This document shows positions 40,672 through 53,899 of a stretch of 64,000 bases of DNA, piece by piece. A program made the position numbers and the translations under genes. Positions within the stretch are counted from its first letter, which is position 1. Every line of letters begins with the position of its first letter. This DNA is from Eledone cirrhosa (lineage: Eukaryota): the NCBI GenBank assembly GCA_964016885.1, contig OZ024743.1, forward strand, positions 95,728,001-95,792,000. Direction: 5' to 3'. Below the pieces are notes generated by a model, which worked only from the letters and a program-made list of their open reading frames with translations, did no database searches and was not told the DNA's origin.

Positions 40672-43600
40672 GGTACTCAGATACGTACTCAGAGTAGACC
40701 CGTTCACTCGGGCCATTCTTGCTTCTCTCACCCATCTTTCAACAAAATGCTGGGAAGAGAGCACTTCCCTCTCTACCCTGATTTTCCTTTTCAAATGAAA
40801 TTTGAAAAAGTTAATCAGGGCATCACCGAAGAGGTAAGTGCCCGTGTTCAGCCCTTTCAAACGTGTCCACCATACTATCTCTTTCGCCATGGCCACCAGA
40901 CAGATAAAAACTGCCTGCCCTTCCCGGCTAAAGAAAGAGGGCGGGGCAATCCTCACGGTGGACTCAGAAGATAGCCGGATCCGTCCTACACGCGACAGCA
41001 GGTGTTCGACATAAACCCACAAGTCAGCAATTTTCGGACACTGGACGAGTGCGTGCAGGACGGTTTCGTCGCCCTGCGCGCATCTCGGACATGCCCGGCT
41101 GACGGCACCTCCATGCCTGTAGAGTTTATCCCGAACTGGCAAGGCTCCTCGGTAGCACTGCCAGGCCAGAGATTTCTGGAAGTTGTCCATAGGTCCCGGC
41201 CCGAAAGTTCTTCCGAAGAGATTGGCTAGTTGATTTTCGTCGACGCCTAGAGTTTCCCCAAGTACGTCGTCGCTCTTCCCCTCGACTAATCCTCTATAGA
41301 ACGCCGAGGTGGACTTTCCACCGGTCACATTGCCCGTTTGGTCGAGGGCTGTGAGCGCCTGAAGACAATCCAGTCTCCAGGCGCTCCCTCTCGGTCTTCA
41401 CTTGACCCAGGACTGCAGCTCCGTCAAGGAAACGAGCTGGGGAAATACGTGTCTAGAAAGCGGCGACCACACCTGATCACCGTCGAGGAAGAGGTGGAGA
41501 TGTCGTAGCCTGAGCGCGTGTCTGCGCATCATCAGCCACAGCATGCCCAGCCCTCCACGTAGCGGGTGTTGACAACAGATGGACCGCCTGACTATCGGAG
41601 CGCGTCCCTTCCACAAAAAGCGAAAGAGCAAATGCTCCAGCGCAGTCAGGCGGGTCTTAGGACACGGTACGACGGTCAGGCGGTAGCAGATGACAGACGC
41701 GATGTACGCGTTAGCCACCTCCGCTTGACTTTTCAGGGATAGCTTCCTCTCCGCCCATTTCTGGGTGAGAGAAGCCACCCTGCTCGTCACCTCATCCCAG
41801 TTTTTGTCCGTCTGGAGGTCCGGACCGAACCAGACACCTAGCAATTTAACCGGTCCGTCCGTCCAGCGTCCGACGACGCTGTTGGACGGCATGGACCTGC
41901 CTCTCCAGGTGCCGAGCTGCAGGCCCACTGACTTTTCCTGGTTGATTATTGCTCCTGTCATCGCTTCGTATTCTCTTAGTGTAGTGCCGATCGCCTCGAT
42001 GTGTTTGGCGTTCGACACCACTACGGTGACATCGTCCGCATATACTGACACAGATCTTCCGCATCCTAGTTCGCGCGGGAGGACGCCCCTCAACGTCTCC
42101 AGTTTGTGCAGTAATGGCTCGAGAGTCAATACGTACAAGAGCGACGAGAGGGGACATCCTTGGCGGACCGAGAGCATGATGTTGAACGGTTCCGAAAGAG
42201 CAGAGGTCGCATGGCAGCGATCCAGCCTCTGAAGACGGGCCCAAAGCCAGCCGCCCTCAGGACTGCCGCTAGGTAACGATGGTCGACCCTATCGAAAGCT
42301 TTCGACTGATCTAAATTGATCAAGGACCCACCCGTGCCAGGTTCCCTAGCCACCCTCTCTACGATGTATCGCATGGGGTGGAGGTTGTCGTGGATGGATC
42401 TGTCGGGAATGGCGCATGTCTGCGCCTCTCCCACCAGACCACCAACGACAAGTGCCAACCTCTTTGCCAGCACCTTGGCCAAAATCTTGAACTCTGTGTT
42501 TAGTAGAGTTATGGGCCTGAAATTATCTATGTTATCCCCCTTGTTCGGATCCTTTCTCAGAAGTGCCACCGCTCCTCGGCTCACAGAGCTGGGAATTCTC
42601 CCGTTCTGTTGCCAGTTGCAGTAGACGTCCGCCAAGAGGCCTCCGAACAAGTCTGGCATCTGTACGATCGGTGCGAAGGCCCGTGCTTCGGAGATTCTGG
42701 TCTCGCTGATGGCCACTACATCTATGTTTAGTGACCTGAGGTCGTTGAGCAGGTGACCCTGCTTCCATGACGAGCCCAAGCCACGCGTATTTATGCTGCC
42801 TATTCTGAGTGAGATCATGTTTAAAATGGAGCGGAAAAGATGGGAAAGACCACTCACCGTACTTTTCGTAGAGGAAGGATGGTTTCTCCATCCCTTTTCA
42901 CTTGATCGCCTGGTGAAGGGACCGTTGAATCTTCTCTTCGGCTGGTCGTCGGCTCTTCTATGAGTATGTCCGAATATACTCTCCGGTTGAGAGTCCCTCC
43001 TAGGTCTCTGAAATCACCAACTGCGTTGGGGAATTTCGTTTTAATGTTTGTGTATTGTTTCTGTGCTATTTTTACCAGTCTTATGTTCGTTGGCGTTTTG
43101 ATTGGTGATGGTATTATGTAGTCGTGCTGTGAAATGTCTGTGTGTTCAACTAAGTAAGTCATTGGTTTCTTGTTGTGTGTATTTAATGCCGTGCATTTGT
43201 TTTTCTGGGGGTGGGGTGTGGTTCTGTTATTTTCTTGTAGTTGTTGCTGGGTGTGTGTGTTTTGTTGTTGTGTTTGCGATGTTGGTGCTTGTGGTGGTGG
43301 TGTTGAAGGTGTTGTTGTTGTTGGCGGTGGGGTTGTCGCCGGTGGTGATGGTGATGCTAGTGTGGGTGGTGATGATGTTGGTGGTGTTGCTGCTGTGAGT
43401 CTCTTTGCAGTAGCCTTTACCCTTTTTTCATTTCTTTCCTCCCTTTTCGAAGGCGACGATGTGCTGCTTCTGCGTTTGTACCTTCTTATGACATTTTACC
43501 ATCCCTCTCCCACCTCACACTCCATGTCTGATTCTGTGAGGTCGGGGAGGGGTACCAGCTCCACTCTTTCACTTGTTGTTGGTGATGTTTGCAGTGGAGT

Positions 43601-45203
43601 CCCTGTTGCAGCTGCATTTGGTATTACTGTTGTTGTTGTTAATACTTCTATTGCTGCTGCTGTTCTTGATTTCCGTGGCGTGGGTATGGGTGCCACGGAC
43701 CTATCGTTCCTGGTTGCCGCTTGTCCTGTTGCTGGTAGCCGTGGAGCCGGTTTCGGAAGGAGGGGGGTTCTCTCCTTTCTCAGGGTCTTCTCGTTGCAGA
43801 AGGCCCTGAGGTTAGTCTTCGATCCACAGCGAAAGCATTTCGGGCGTTTGCCCTCAACACTTATGGGCAGTTGAGTGCCGTTATCGAAGTCTATCACATC
43901 CGGGATAGCTTCGATGCACTCCTGGTTGGTTTGGATTAATATCTCAATGGAGGTGCCAACCCAATCTTCTCTTACTTTTTTCTCTACTTGCAGTACAGTT
44001 GTTTTGTCCTCGATTCCGACGAGGACAGACGCAGCCAGCCAAGAAGGGGCCATCCCGGGGGGGACGTGGGTCAGTTTGACCCTCACAATTTTTTTCCCGC
44101 AGTAGAAGGGCACCAACACCATCGCCTCGCTCCTTAGGGTAACTAAGGATTGAGCCTTTGCCTCCTGGGGTGTGGCAAAAAGCACGTCCACGGTGGCATA
44201 TTTCTTGCCTCGGGTGATATGCGTTTTCCGCTGCCACACAGACCCTAAGGCTTTTTGTATTTGAGCCTCTGTGGCTCTTTCAGCCCTACGGGATTTTGTG
44301 CTTACTGTACGGTACGTGACCGTACAGTGCTGTTGGGTTTCGAAAAATTTTTCGGCTGCTTGCAGATTGCTCGGTGTCCGGTTTTCGTCACCATCTTCTT
44401 AGCTTCCTGTAATTCCTCATTTGTTATGAGGATGGTTTCCAGGTTCTTTGCGATACCTGCAAACGAGATTGGTTTTTCTTTGCTGCTGTTGTTGTTGTTG
44501 TTGTCGTCAGAGCTGCTGTTACTTTTGTTGTTGCTGCAGGTACTACGACTACTGCCGCCGCCGCTGTTTCTGTGGTTGTTGTTGTTGCTGCTGCTGCTGT
44601 TGTTGTTGCTGTTGCTGCTAATGCTGTTGTTGTTTATGCTGCTGCTGATGCTGTTGCGGCTGCTAGTGTTGTTTTCCTTGTCACTGTTGCTGCTGCTGCT
44701 GTTATTACGGCTGCTACTGCTATTTTTCACGACGTCAGACGAATGAAATGGGTTTTCGTATTTCCCGCACACCTTTTTCGTCGTTGTCGTCGCCGTCGTG
44801 GAGAAATGTTGCACGCTTTGCACGTGATTTTTCTTTACTGGCGTCGCTTGCGAAAGAGAAAGGAGGGAGAGAGACACATTTAGAGAAGGGAGGGAGAGAG
44901 ACAATCTTCTCTCTGTTGTAGTGACGATTGAGGAAGAAGAAGACGGAATGAGTGGGAGTGACCTATGAAAATTCTTTTTCGCAGCCATGTTTTTTTTTTG
45001 TTTAAAATAAATACTGGGCACAAAACCCCAATAAGCAGTTATTTAACCCCGAAGGGCCAAATAACGGGCAGAAAGACCCCTCTCACGAGGAGGAGGGTGT
45101 TTTTGTCTACAATTTGGTTAAAGTTTTAAATAATTTACAATTGTTATAGCGGTCAAAATTCACAATACCTTACAGAGCCGAGCCTCCGTCAACCATAGCA
45201 TTC

Positions 45204-45204
<1 letters not shown>
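40672..45204 (-). mobile_element. L1-Tx1 clade LINE, internally deleted
   Basis: ORF1 pieces with a CFRCGSKTNLRAFC knuckle. ORF2 has APE start IGSINTRGL..ISETR, RT FRPITLLN, LDQSKAFDRV, VRQGCPLS, YADD, and zf CPRC..ETVLHALVQC. Confidence 0.92.
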
Positions 45205-45230
<26 letters not shown>

Positions 45231-45238
<8 letters not shown>

Positions 45239-48200
45239 CAACAAAAAAGAAAACCCCGTGACCAAGAAATACCGGGATGGCGGCCGGCGGGGAATAGCCG
45301 TGTCTCTAGGGGCGGACGACCCATCTAGTCTTGGTTGACACTCGTCCTAGAAGTGGTAACACGAAATGATTACCCCTTGGCGGATAAGGATAAAACGCGA
45401 CAAAATAAAGTAAATGTCTAATGATAAAATCTCATACTGGATCGGCCGTCACCCGGGTCAAAAAGGGCTGCGTCCCTCAGAGAGGAACCAGACTGGGGTC
45501 GAAAAATCAGCTAATGGTTCAAACCTTCCCATAACTTCGGAGCTGGAGACCTCCCATAACCGGAATACTCCTACTGTTGGCCCTCCATGCTCACCACCAA
45601 GAAATCCAAAAAAAAAAGAGAGAAAAATGGTCAAGGGAAGATACTAAAGAAGTCCTTGAGGCTTTCTACACTGCCATGTACTACCAATCAAATACATCGA
45701 ATACAGAACAGACATATATCAACTGGAAAAAGAAACATCCCGAAAACAGAGGCTATATTGACAGTAACAAACTAGCCAATATACGAAGAAATATTGTAAA
45801 AAAAAAGTTACTAACTGATATAGAAATTGATCAGATCAAGCTATTAGCACAAAGTCAGCGAAGGGAAAATGAAACATGTGTCAGTGAAAACTAGGTAAAT
45901 TGTAAAACTTCTAATCCCAGGGTTGGGCGGAATCACTGATAACAGAACAAATTAAAGAAATGATCGAAAAAGTGGAGGGAGTGCATGCTCAAGCTGAAAC
46001 TCAAAATGAAAACAATGAGATCGTAAATGATAAAGAAATGAATGAGAATGAACTTGCCAACTTGAAGGATGAAATTATGATCGAATGGATGAAAATGAAA
46101 GAATCTGACATGGGGGAACGAGACACCCTCCCTAAGATCCAGAACTCCAAACAGAACCAAAAGATAATACACAAGACTAACATAATTCTAAAAAACATTA
46201 TCATCACAAACAAACTAAACATTACTGATTTAAATCATCTCTATATGCATCGGCTAAAGTCACCACTCACTTATGTGGAGTGAAGATGAAAAAACAAAGG
46301 AATTCCCACAAGAAATCTACTTGGCAAGAGAACATCAATCGCCAAATAAACCTTCTCCGATCTGACAGAAATTTTAACAAACTATAAAGTAGGTTAACAT
46401 GTTAAACAAACTAAACTTAGAAAGTACAGTATAAAATCATTGAAAGTACAGTATAAAATCATTGAAAAGAAAGTACAGTATAAAATCAACAAGTGACATA
46501 GACATGCTGATAGAAATAATCAAGCAAAAAGTGTCGGCTAAAGCTGCTCGTATAAGGCGCTTTGAAAAACGATCTAGATTCTATAAGGACAATAATATGT
46601 TCAAAAACAACCAAAGAAACTTCTACGGAAAAATTGGTAAGTCAACAATAACTGCTAAATCAATACTTCCAAGGAGGAAGTGCAAGAATTCTGGGAAAAG
46701 ATCTGGGCCGAAGAAAAAGTTCACAATATACATTCCCCATGGATAGACAGACAAATGAAAGATACAGCTCACCTTGAGGAACAAATATGGGAAAATATAA
46801 CAGTTGAACAGTTGCGTTTGGCTCTAAGAAAAACCAGCAAATGGAAATCCCCAGGAAAAGACAAAATACAAAATTTTTGGATAAATGCCTTCACAGAGTC
46901 TCATGAGCTGTTAGCCCAACTTTACAATGAAATAGTTAAGGAGCCAGAAAAGATACCATCATGGCTAGTTAACGGCATTACATTCCTGCTTCCGAAGAAT
47001 GATGAGACAAACAATCCCAAAAATTACAGACCGATAACTTGCTTGACCACAATGTATAAAATTTTAACATCAGTCCTAACTGAATATACATATGACCACC
47101 TGATAACAAATGACCTATTTCCCATTGAGCAGAAAGGGTGTAAACGAGGCTCATATGGCTGTAAGGATCAGCTTTTGGTTAACAAAATGATACTGGAAGA
47201 TTGTCATAATAGACACAAAAATCTATCAATTGCTTGGATAGATTATAAAAAAGCATTCGATAGTTTGCCACACTGTTGGATTGAAAAATGTTTAGAGATT
47301 TTCAAAATATCTCTCGTTGTCAGGAGGTTTTTGTCATTCTGTATGAAGACATGGAAAACGACACGCCTTTTGAATAGTGAAGAAAAATCACTGGAAGCTG
47401 GAGAAGTTAATATTAATTGTGGAATTTTTCAGGGTGACTCTTTATCACCGCTTTTATTCTGCATCGCACTTATACCATTAAGTAAAATGCTCAATGAAAC
47501 AAAACATGGATATAAAGTCTATGACAAAACCATTAATCACTTGTTCTACATGGATGACCTGAAACTATTTGCAAAAATTGATGAACAATTGCAAGGGCTA
47601 TTATCCACTGTGGAGCAGTTCAGTGATGACATTAAAATGGAGTTTGGACTAGATAAATGCGCCAAAGCAACATTCACCAGAGGAAAGCTGCTGAAAAGTT
47701 CAGACATTAATCTTGATCGGGGGAATGTGATAAGAGAACTTGATCAAGAGGAAACTTACAAATATCTAGGTGTTTGTGAAGGAGACGGAATCAAGCACTC
47801 GACAATGAGGGAAAAGATAAGGAAGGAATGTTACCGCAGAGTAAGAGCAATCTTAAGAACGGAATTTAATGCAAGGAATAGGATCGATGCCATAAACACG
47901 CTTGCCATACAAGTAGTAACCTACAGTTACAATGTCATCAACTGGTCAAGCACAGAGATCCGTAGGCTCGATACAAAAATTTGAAAGTTCTTAACCATGC
48001 ACAGAATGCATCACCCTAAGGCAGATACAGATAGAATATATCTCCCTAGGAAAGAAGGAGGACGGGGGTTAATCCAGTTAGACATTGCGTTGAAAACTGC
48101 AACAATTGGATTATCTACATATCTAAGGGAATCACATGATTGGATGATCAAACTCGTTTTGAAACACGAAAGCATCAAAAGATCATACTCCATTACAAAA

Positions 48201-49230
48201 GATGCACAAAGATACAGTAATGGACTACAAATTTCAGAAGTCCCATTTACTGCTGAAATGGAAAACACAGAAAAAGCAAAGCAGGTAAAAGTAACTGCAA
48301 AGAAAGAACTGCTACAGAAACTGGCTAAGAAATGGCAAGAAAAGCCTCTGTATGGAAAATACCCAGAACGAGCTAACAATCCTGATGTTGACAAAACTTT
48401 AACCCATCAGTGGTTGGCATCCTCTGGACTGAAATCGGAGACTGAAGGACTGATTATATCAGCACAAGATCAGTGTCTGCCAACAAAAAATTACCAAGCC
48501 AACATAATAAAAATTGGATGCAGCCCATTATGCCGTGTATGTAAAAAACAACCAGAGACCATTGACCATATAATTTCAATGTGCAGTCCTATAGCTCCAA
48601 CCGAATACCTAAACAGGCATGACAGAGCTGCACAATACATACATTGGATAATGTGTAAGCATTTTGACCTGCCCCATCAAAAGAATTGGTGGGAGCATCA
48701 ACCACCTCTCATACTTGAAAAAGATCACATCTCAATCTTGTGGAACTTTAGCATCCAAACAGACCGAAAAATAGATGCAAATAGACCTGATATAATATTG
48801 AAGGACTTTAAAAAGAGGGTATCTGCTAATTGATATGTCCGTTCCAATAGACAATAATGTATCTTTAAAAACATTTGAAAAATTGAGCAAGTATAAGGAC
48901 CTGGAGATAGAAATTGGAAAAATGTGGAAATTGAGAACTAAAACAATACCAGTGGTTGTAGGCGCTCTAGGAATGATACCTAAAGGGTCTAATGATTACT
49001 TATCGCAAATCCCAGGAAACCCGCGTATAGGAGAAATACAAAAGATAGTACTAATGGGAACTGCCCATATACTAAGGAAGATTCTGTCAATATCACAAGT
49101 CTAAACACCTAAAGATGCATGTGTGAGTATGCATATTCTTTCTTGAACATGGCGGACCTTGTTGTCTCTTGAGGTCACTGGTTGTGACTTGGTGATAACT
49201 CGTATGAACATAAAGCAAGATAAATGCAGC

Positions 49231-49232
<2 letters not shown>
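45231..49232 (+). mobile_element. R4/Dong-clade LINE (RT plus restriction-like endonuclease), several frameshifts/stops
   Basis: WKSPGKD, YRPITCL, WIDYKKAFDS, GIFQGDSLSP, YMDDLK, CRVC..H..C, NRPDII and K..KY.DL. (AAT)n lies on both flanks. Confidence 0.93.
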
Positions 49233-49262
<30 letters not shown>

Positions 49263-49264
49263 GG

Positions 49265-50130
49265 CTAGGGAAGAAGACGCACGAGGTGACGGAGGTCATG
49301 AAATCGCTCCCGTAAGTTTTGAATTTTTAACATATTTAAATCATTTGTGAAATAACAACTCTTAGTACAAATGTTACGTAAAGCACCCGGTTTGAGCCCC
49401 AAAAAATTCGGGCCCAAAATATATTGTTATAAGGCTCAAATATTCAAATATTCAACTTTGTATTGTACACTGTATATCCAAAAAAGAAAATGGCTATAAA
49501 TGGAAGAAGAACCGCCCCCCCTCCTCTCCTCTGTCTACACTATATAGGACAGCCAAACTCACCAACACCAGAAACTAGATACACCACCCACCCCATCATC
49601 TGTGTACACTAAACACAACAGCCAGATAACGGCATTTTCAACCGCTCACTACGGCCATCATTACCACCATTATCCCATCACCGCCGCCACCACCCCTTCA
49701 CTCCTTCACTGCTGCCACCGCTACAGCACCATCACTACAGTAATACGGTCACATCACCGCCACCACTGCCTCGGTACCGACATCACCACCACCACTGTCT
49801 CAGTATCGCTACCGCCGCCAGTCTCCCACTTCTCCCTGCTGGCTGCTACTTCCACATTATAGAATTCCTACTACTAACAAAGAGGAAGGCATCAAAATAT
49901 ATAGATAGACTCAAAAGAAAAAAGAAAAAACAAACAACAAAACCAAAGCAGCACAGCAACAACAGCAAAAACGAGAAAAACAAACAGAGAAAAACAAAAA
50001 CAAAAAAAGAAACCCCCAAAACGTAAAGAAAATAAGAATGAAGAGAGAAGCAGGCGGACGGACAGAGAAGAGGGGGGAAAAACTAAAACTTAAAAAACAA
50101 AAACTAAGTCAGACATTCGAACACTACATT
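49265..50130 (+). mobile_element. Probable 5' fragment of another Tx1-like element
   Basis: TGACGGAGG..GTAAG..TGAATTTT and an A-run followed by ATGGCT (49490) mirror the 5' UTR/ORF1 start of the minus Tx1 at 44985-45204. Low-complexity ORF1-like sequence follows. Confidence 0.5.
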
Positions 50131-50336
50131 ACAATGAAACTTATGCTTATTCATTTTTGGGGCCCTTTCTGCCTGTGTGTTTGTTTGTTTATGTGTGTTC
50201 GTATACAGCGTGGTGATAATGCCACACAAGGGCCAAGTGGGATGGCGGATCCACAGATGGCTATGTAACCATACATTCGCCAATCCTCGATAAGAGTGTT
50301 TAAATATCGAACATAAACAGTTCGAATAACGGTGAA

Positions 50337-53300
50337 ATGGAGACTAGAACGTCATGTGACAGACTCTCACCCAACAGGTGCCCCCTGGCTCAGCAACAGG
50401 AACCTGACTGTCAACCAAATACTGCTGATGTTGGAGGAAGAAGAAGGAAAGGGGCCAGAACCAACTGGACGAAAGAATTGAATAGAACTGTTATGCAATG
50501 CTACCTGAAAAGTAACCCCAAGGAGAGGGGCTACAGGAGACGGATGCATAACATCTGGAACGAGATTGGTTTATTTAAATTAGATGAACAAAAATTGGCC
50601 GGGCAGGCTCGGGTAATAAGAACTAATGGGTGGATAAGCGAGCTGGAACTGGAGGAACTGAGCAGAGAGAATGGCTTGGAGATGGCGGGTGTAGTATGCC
50701 AGACAAGCGAGGCAGTGGGAAATGAAGGTAAAGAGGTCCTGAGAACGGAGGAACCACCCGAAGCAGACAATGATCTGAATACTGAGATAAATAATACCTG
50801 GAACAGAGATACGGCCACTGAGGAGATGAATGCTGACGGGCTAGGACAAGATTCGGTTGACATCCTAAATTTAGTGGTAGATGAATTGAACAATGATAGT
50901 GGGAGACCTATGAACCTAAGATTTGTAGACAGGAAAAAGTTAAAAGAAACAACAGCTAAGGTAAACAAAGTCATCCCATACCTTGAGGCGAGGAGCCTTC
51001 ACCAGTGCAACAATATCCTCAAAGCAACAGCAAATACGGCGAGGAAACTACTTGGTATAAAAGCGAGAGGAAACAACAGACAAGAAAGAGCAGAGCCGTG
51101 GTGGAAGAAGCGACTGAGTGGGCAAATCGGGGAGATGAGAAATGACATAGGAAAGCTTGAGTCACTACTGAATGGGACACTAAAAAACATAGGCACTAAA
51201 AATAGACTGGAAATAAAATACAAAACTAGGAGTAAAAAGCTAAATATTATCATAGAGGAATTGAAGCAACGCATTGTAGCAAAGAGTGCAAAAATCAGGC
51301 GATACGAGAACAGAGTCAGTCAGTATAAACAGAACCGCATGTTCGACAACAACCAGAAGATGCTGTTTGGACAGCTTGAGGGGAAAGAAAGAGGCAACGA
51401 CTTGATCCCTGGGGCGGAACAAACTAAAACATTCTGGAGAGGAATATGGGAGCAGGATGTTAGACATAATGCCCAGGCAGGGTGGATTGAGACAGTACAG
51501 AGGGAGATCGGTGAGCAGGCACAACAACAAACTGATTTGAGTATCACAGTTGAAACTCTTAAGGGGCAGGCCAAAAAACTAACCAACTGGAAATCACCAG
51601 GCCCAGATGGTGTGCAGGGGTATTGGATTAAACATTTAACATCCCTCCACCCGAAGCTGACGGCCATGTTCAATGACTGCTTGGTGTCGGGTGAGGTGCC
51701 AGAGTGGTTGACAAAAGGTACCACAGTTCTGATAATGAAAGACCGAATCAAGGGTAATGATGTTACCAACTATAGACCTATCACATGTCTGTCCGTAATG
51801 TGGAAACTGTTGACGAGCATTGTGTCTGAGAAAATCTACCATCACCTCCACACAAACAACTTGTTACCGGACGAACAGAAAGGATGCCGAAAGAAGTCAC
51901 GTGGTACAAAGGACCAGCTACTTATTGATAAGATGGTAATGGGGAATTGCAGGAGGAGGCACACTGATCTTGCCATGGGATGGATAGACTACAGAAAGGC
52001 ATTTGACATGGTGCCTCATTCTTGGATCACCAAAAGCCTGGATATCTTCAGGGTGGCAGATAACATCAGACAGTTGCTGGGCAGGAGTATGGGGTCCTGG
52101 GAGACAGAGTTGACATCAACTGGAGTATCCTTGGGAAGCGTGAAGATCAAGAGAGGTATCTTCCAGGGAGATAGCCTGTCCCCTCTGTTGTTTGTCCTTG
52201 CCCTAATGCCCTTGACCATTATGCTGCGAAAAGTGAGAGCAGGATACAAGTTGGGAAGGGGAGAGCTTACCATCAATCACCTCCTCTTCATGGACGATCT
52301 TAAGCTCTTCGGGAAAAGTGAGAAGGAGTTGGATGTGCTTGTTGACACTGTCCGTATTTTCAGCAGTGATATATATATGCAGTTTGGTATTGGTAAATGT
52401 GGAGTCATTGTGATGAGGAGGGGTAGGTTGAGCAGAAGTAGCGGGATCCAGATACCAACAGGTGAGATGATAAAGGAAATTGACTCTGAGGAAGGATACA
52501 AGTATTTGGGTGTTCTGGAGGCTGATGGCATAAAGAACAAAAAAATGAAGGAATTGTTAAGAACTGAATACATTCGGAGAGTAAGGAGCGTATTGAAGTC
52601 ACATCTGAACAGCAGAAATGCCATAAGCGCAGTAAATTCCCGAGCTGTGTCTATAATTAGGTACAGTGCGGGAATTCTGAGATGGAATGTTGCTGAACAA
52701 AAAGAAATGGATAGGAAGACTAGGAAGCTATTGACTATCTACAACATGTTCCACAAGAGGAGTGATGTCGATAGACTCTACCTAAGGAGATCTGAGGGTG
52801 GAAGAGGTCTTATCAGCATAGAGGACTGTGTTCAGATGGAGAAAAACAACCTATACAAATACGTGACCTATAGTAAGGAGCCAATGCTCAAAACTGTACT
52901 GAAGGAGGGGACAGTAGGCCAGGGGATGTCCAAGGAGGAAATAACATCAAGGAGGAAGAGCAGCCTTAAGGGAAAATCCCTTCATAGTACCTTCTTTGAG
53001 AAAACTGAATTTAGAGATCCACAGACATGGAACTGGTTGAGAAGAGGAGACCTCAAAAAGGCTACAGAAGGAATGATAATGGCTGCGCAGGAGCAGGCCC
53101 TCAAAACGAAGTGGTTGAAGCACCATATTTACAAGGAGGAGGCTAGCCCACTGTGCAGGATCTGTGGAGAGAGAGAGAGGAGACTGTGGCTCACATTGTG
53201 TCCGAGTGTAAACACCTAGCCCAGACCCATTATAAGGGCTGGAGACACGATGTGATGGGCAGGGTGATCCACTGGCACCTGTGCAAAGTAAACAATTTAC

Positions 53301-53728
53301 CACATTCTGAGAAATGGTATGAGCATAGGCCGGAGGCGGTGATGGAGAACAATCAGGTGAAGGTGCTGTGGGATTTTAGGATACAGACGGACAAAAAACT
53401 GGAACACAATAGACCTGACCTGGTGGTTGTGGACAAAGAAAAAAGATCGTGTCTGATTGTGGATGTGGCCTGCCCGTTCGACACGAGAGTGCAAGAGAAG
53501 GAGAGGGAGAAAATTAACCGATACCAGGACCTAAAGTGGGAGGTGAAAAGGATTTCGAACTGCCATGAAGTCAAAGTGATCCCGATTGTCATAGGCGCAC
53601 TGGGGACTATCTCCAAAAGTTTCCAGGGATGGTTAAAGAAAATCGGCCCCTTCACGCTTTTTGGAACGCTTCAAAAGGCATGCTTGCTTGGAACAGCAAG
53701 AACCCTCCGATACGTCCTGAATATCTGA
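50337..53728 (+). mobile_element. Nearly intact R4/Dong-clade LINE ORF with one frameshift at ~53175
   Basis: 960 aa ORF with RT (FMDDLK) plus a 191 aa frame with the CCHC remainder, NRPDLVV and EK..RY.DL. 3' UTR followed by (AAT)n at 53803-53835. Confidence 0.95.
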
Positions 53729-53899
53729 GGCTGCAGGTAGTGGCTTGATATTCATTCCAACGGACTTTCCAGTTAACCAACATCAATGACTGAGATTCAA
53801 GGAATAACAACAATAATAATAATAATAATAATAATGATTTCATTTATTGGCCACAAGGGCCGACATCTAGAATGAAAATTATTGTGTACAGTGCTCAGG

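Noticed and set aside
45070-45108. TCCTCGT loop in the Tx1 5' UTR resembling HDV L3
   Set aside because: It folds as a simple hairpin; P1/P2/P3 cannot be assigned.
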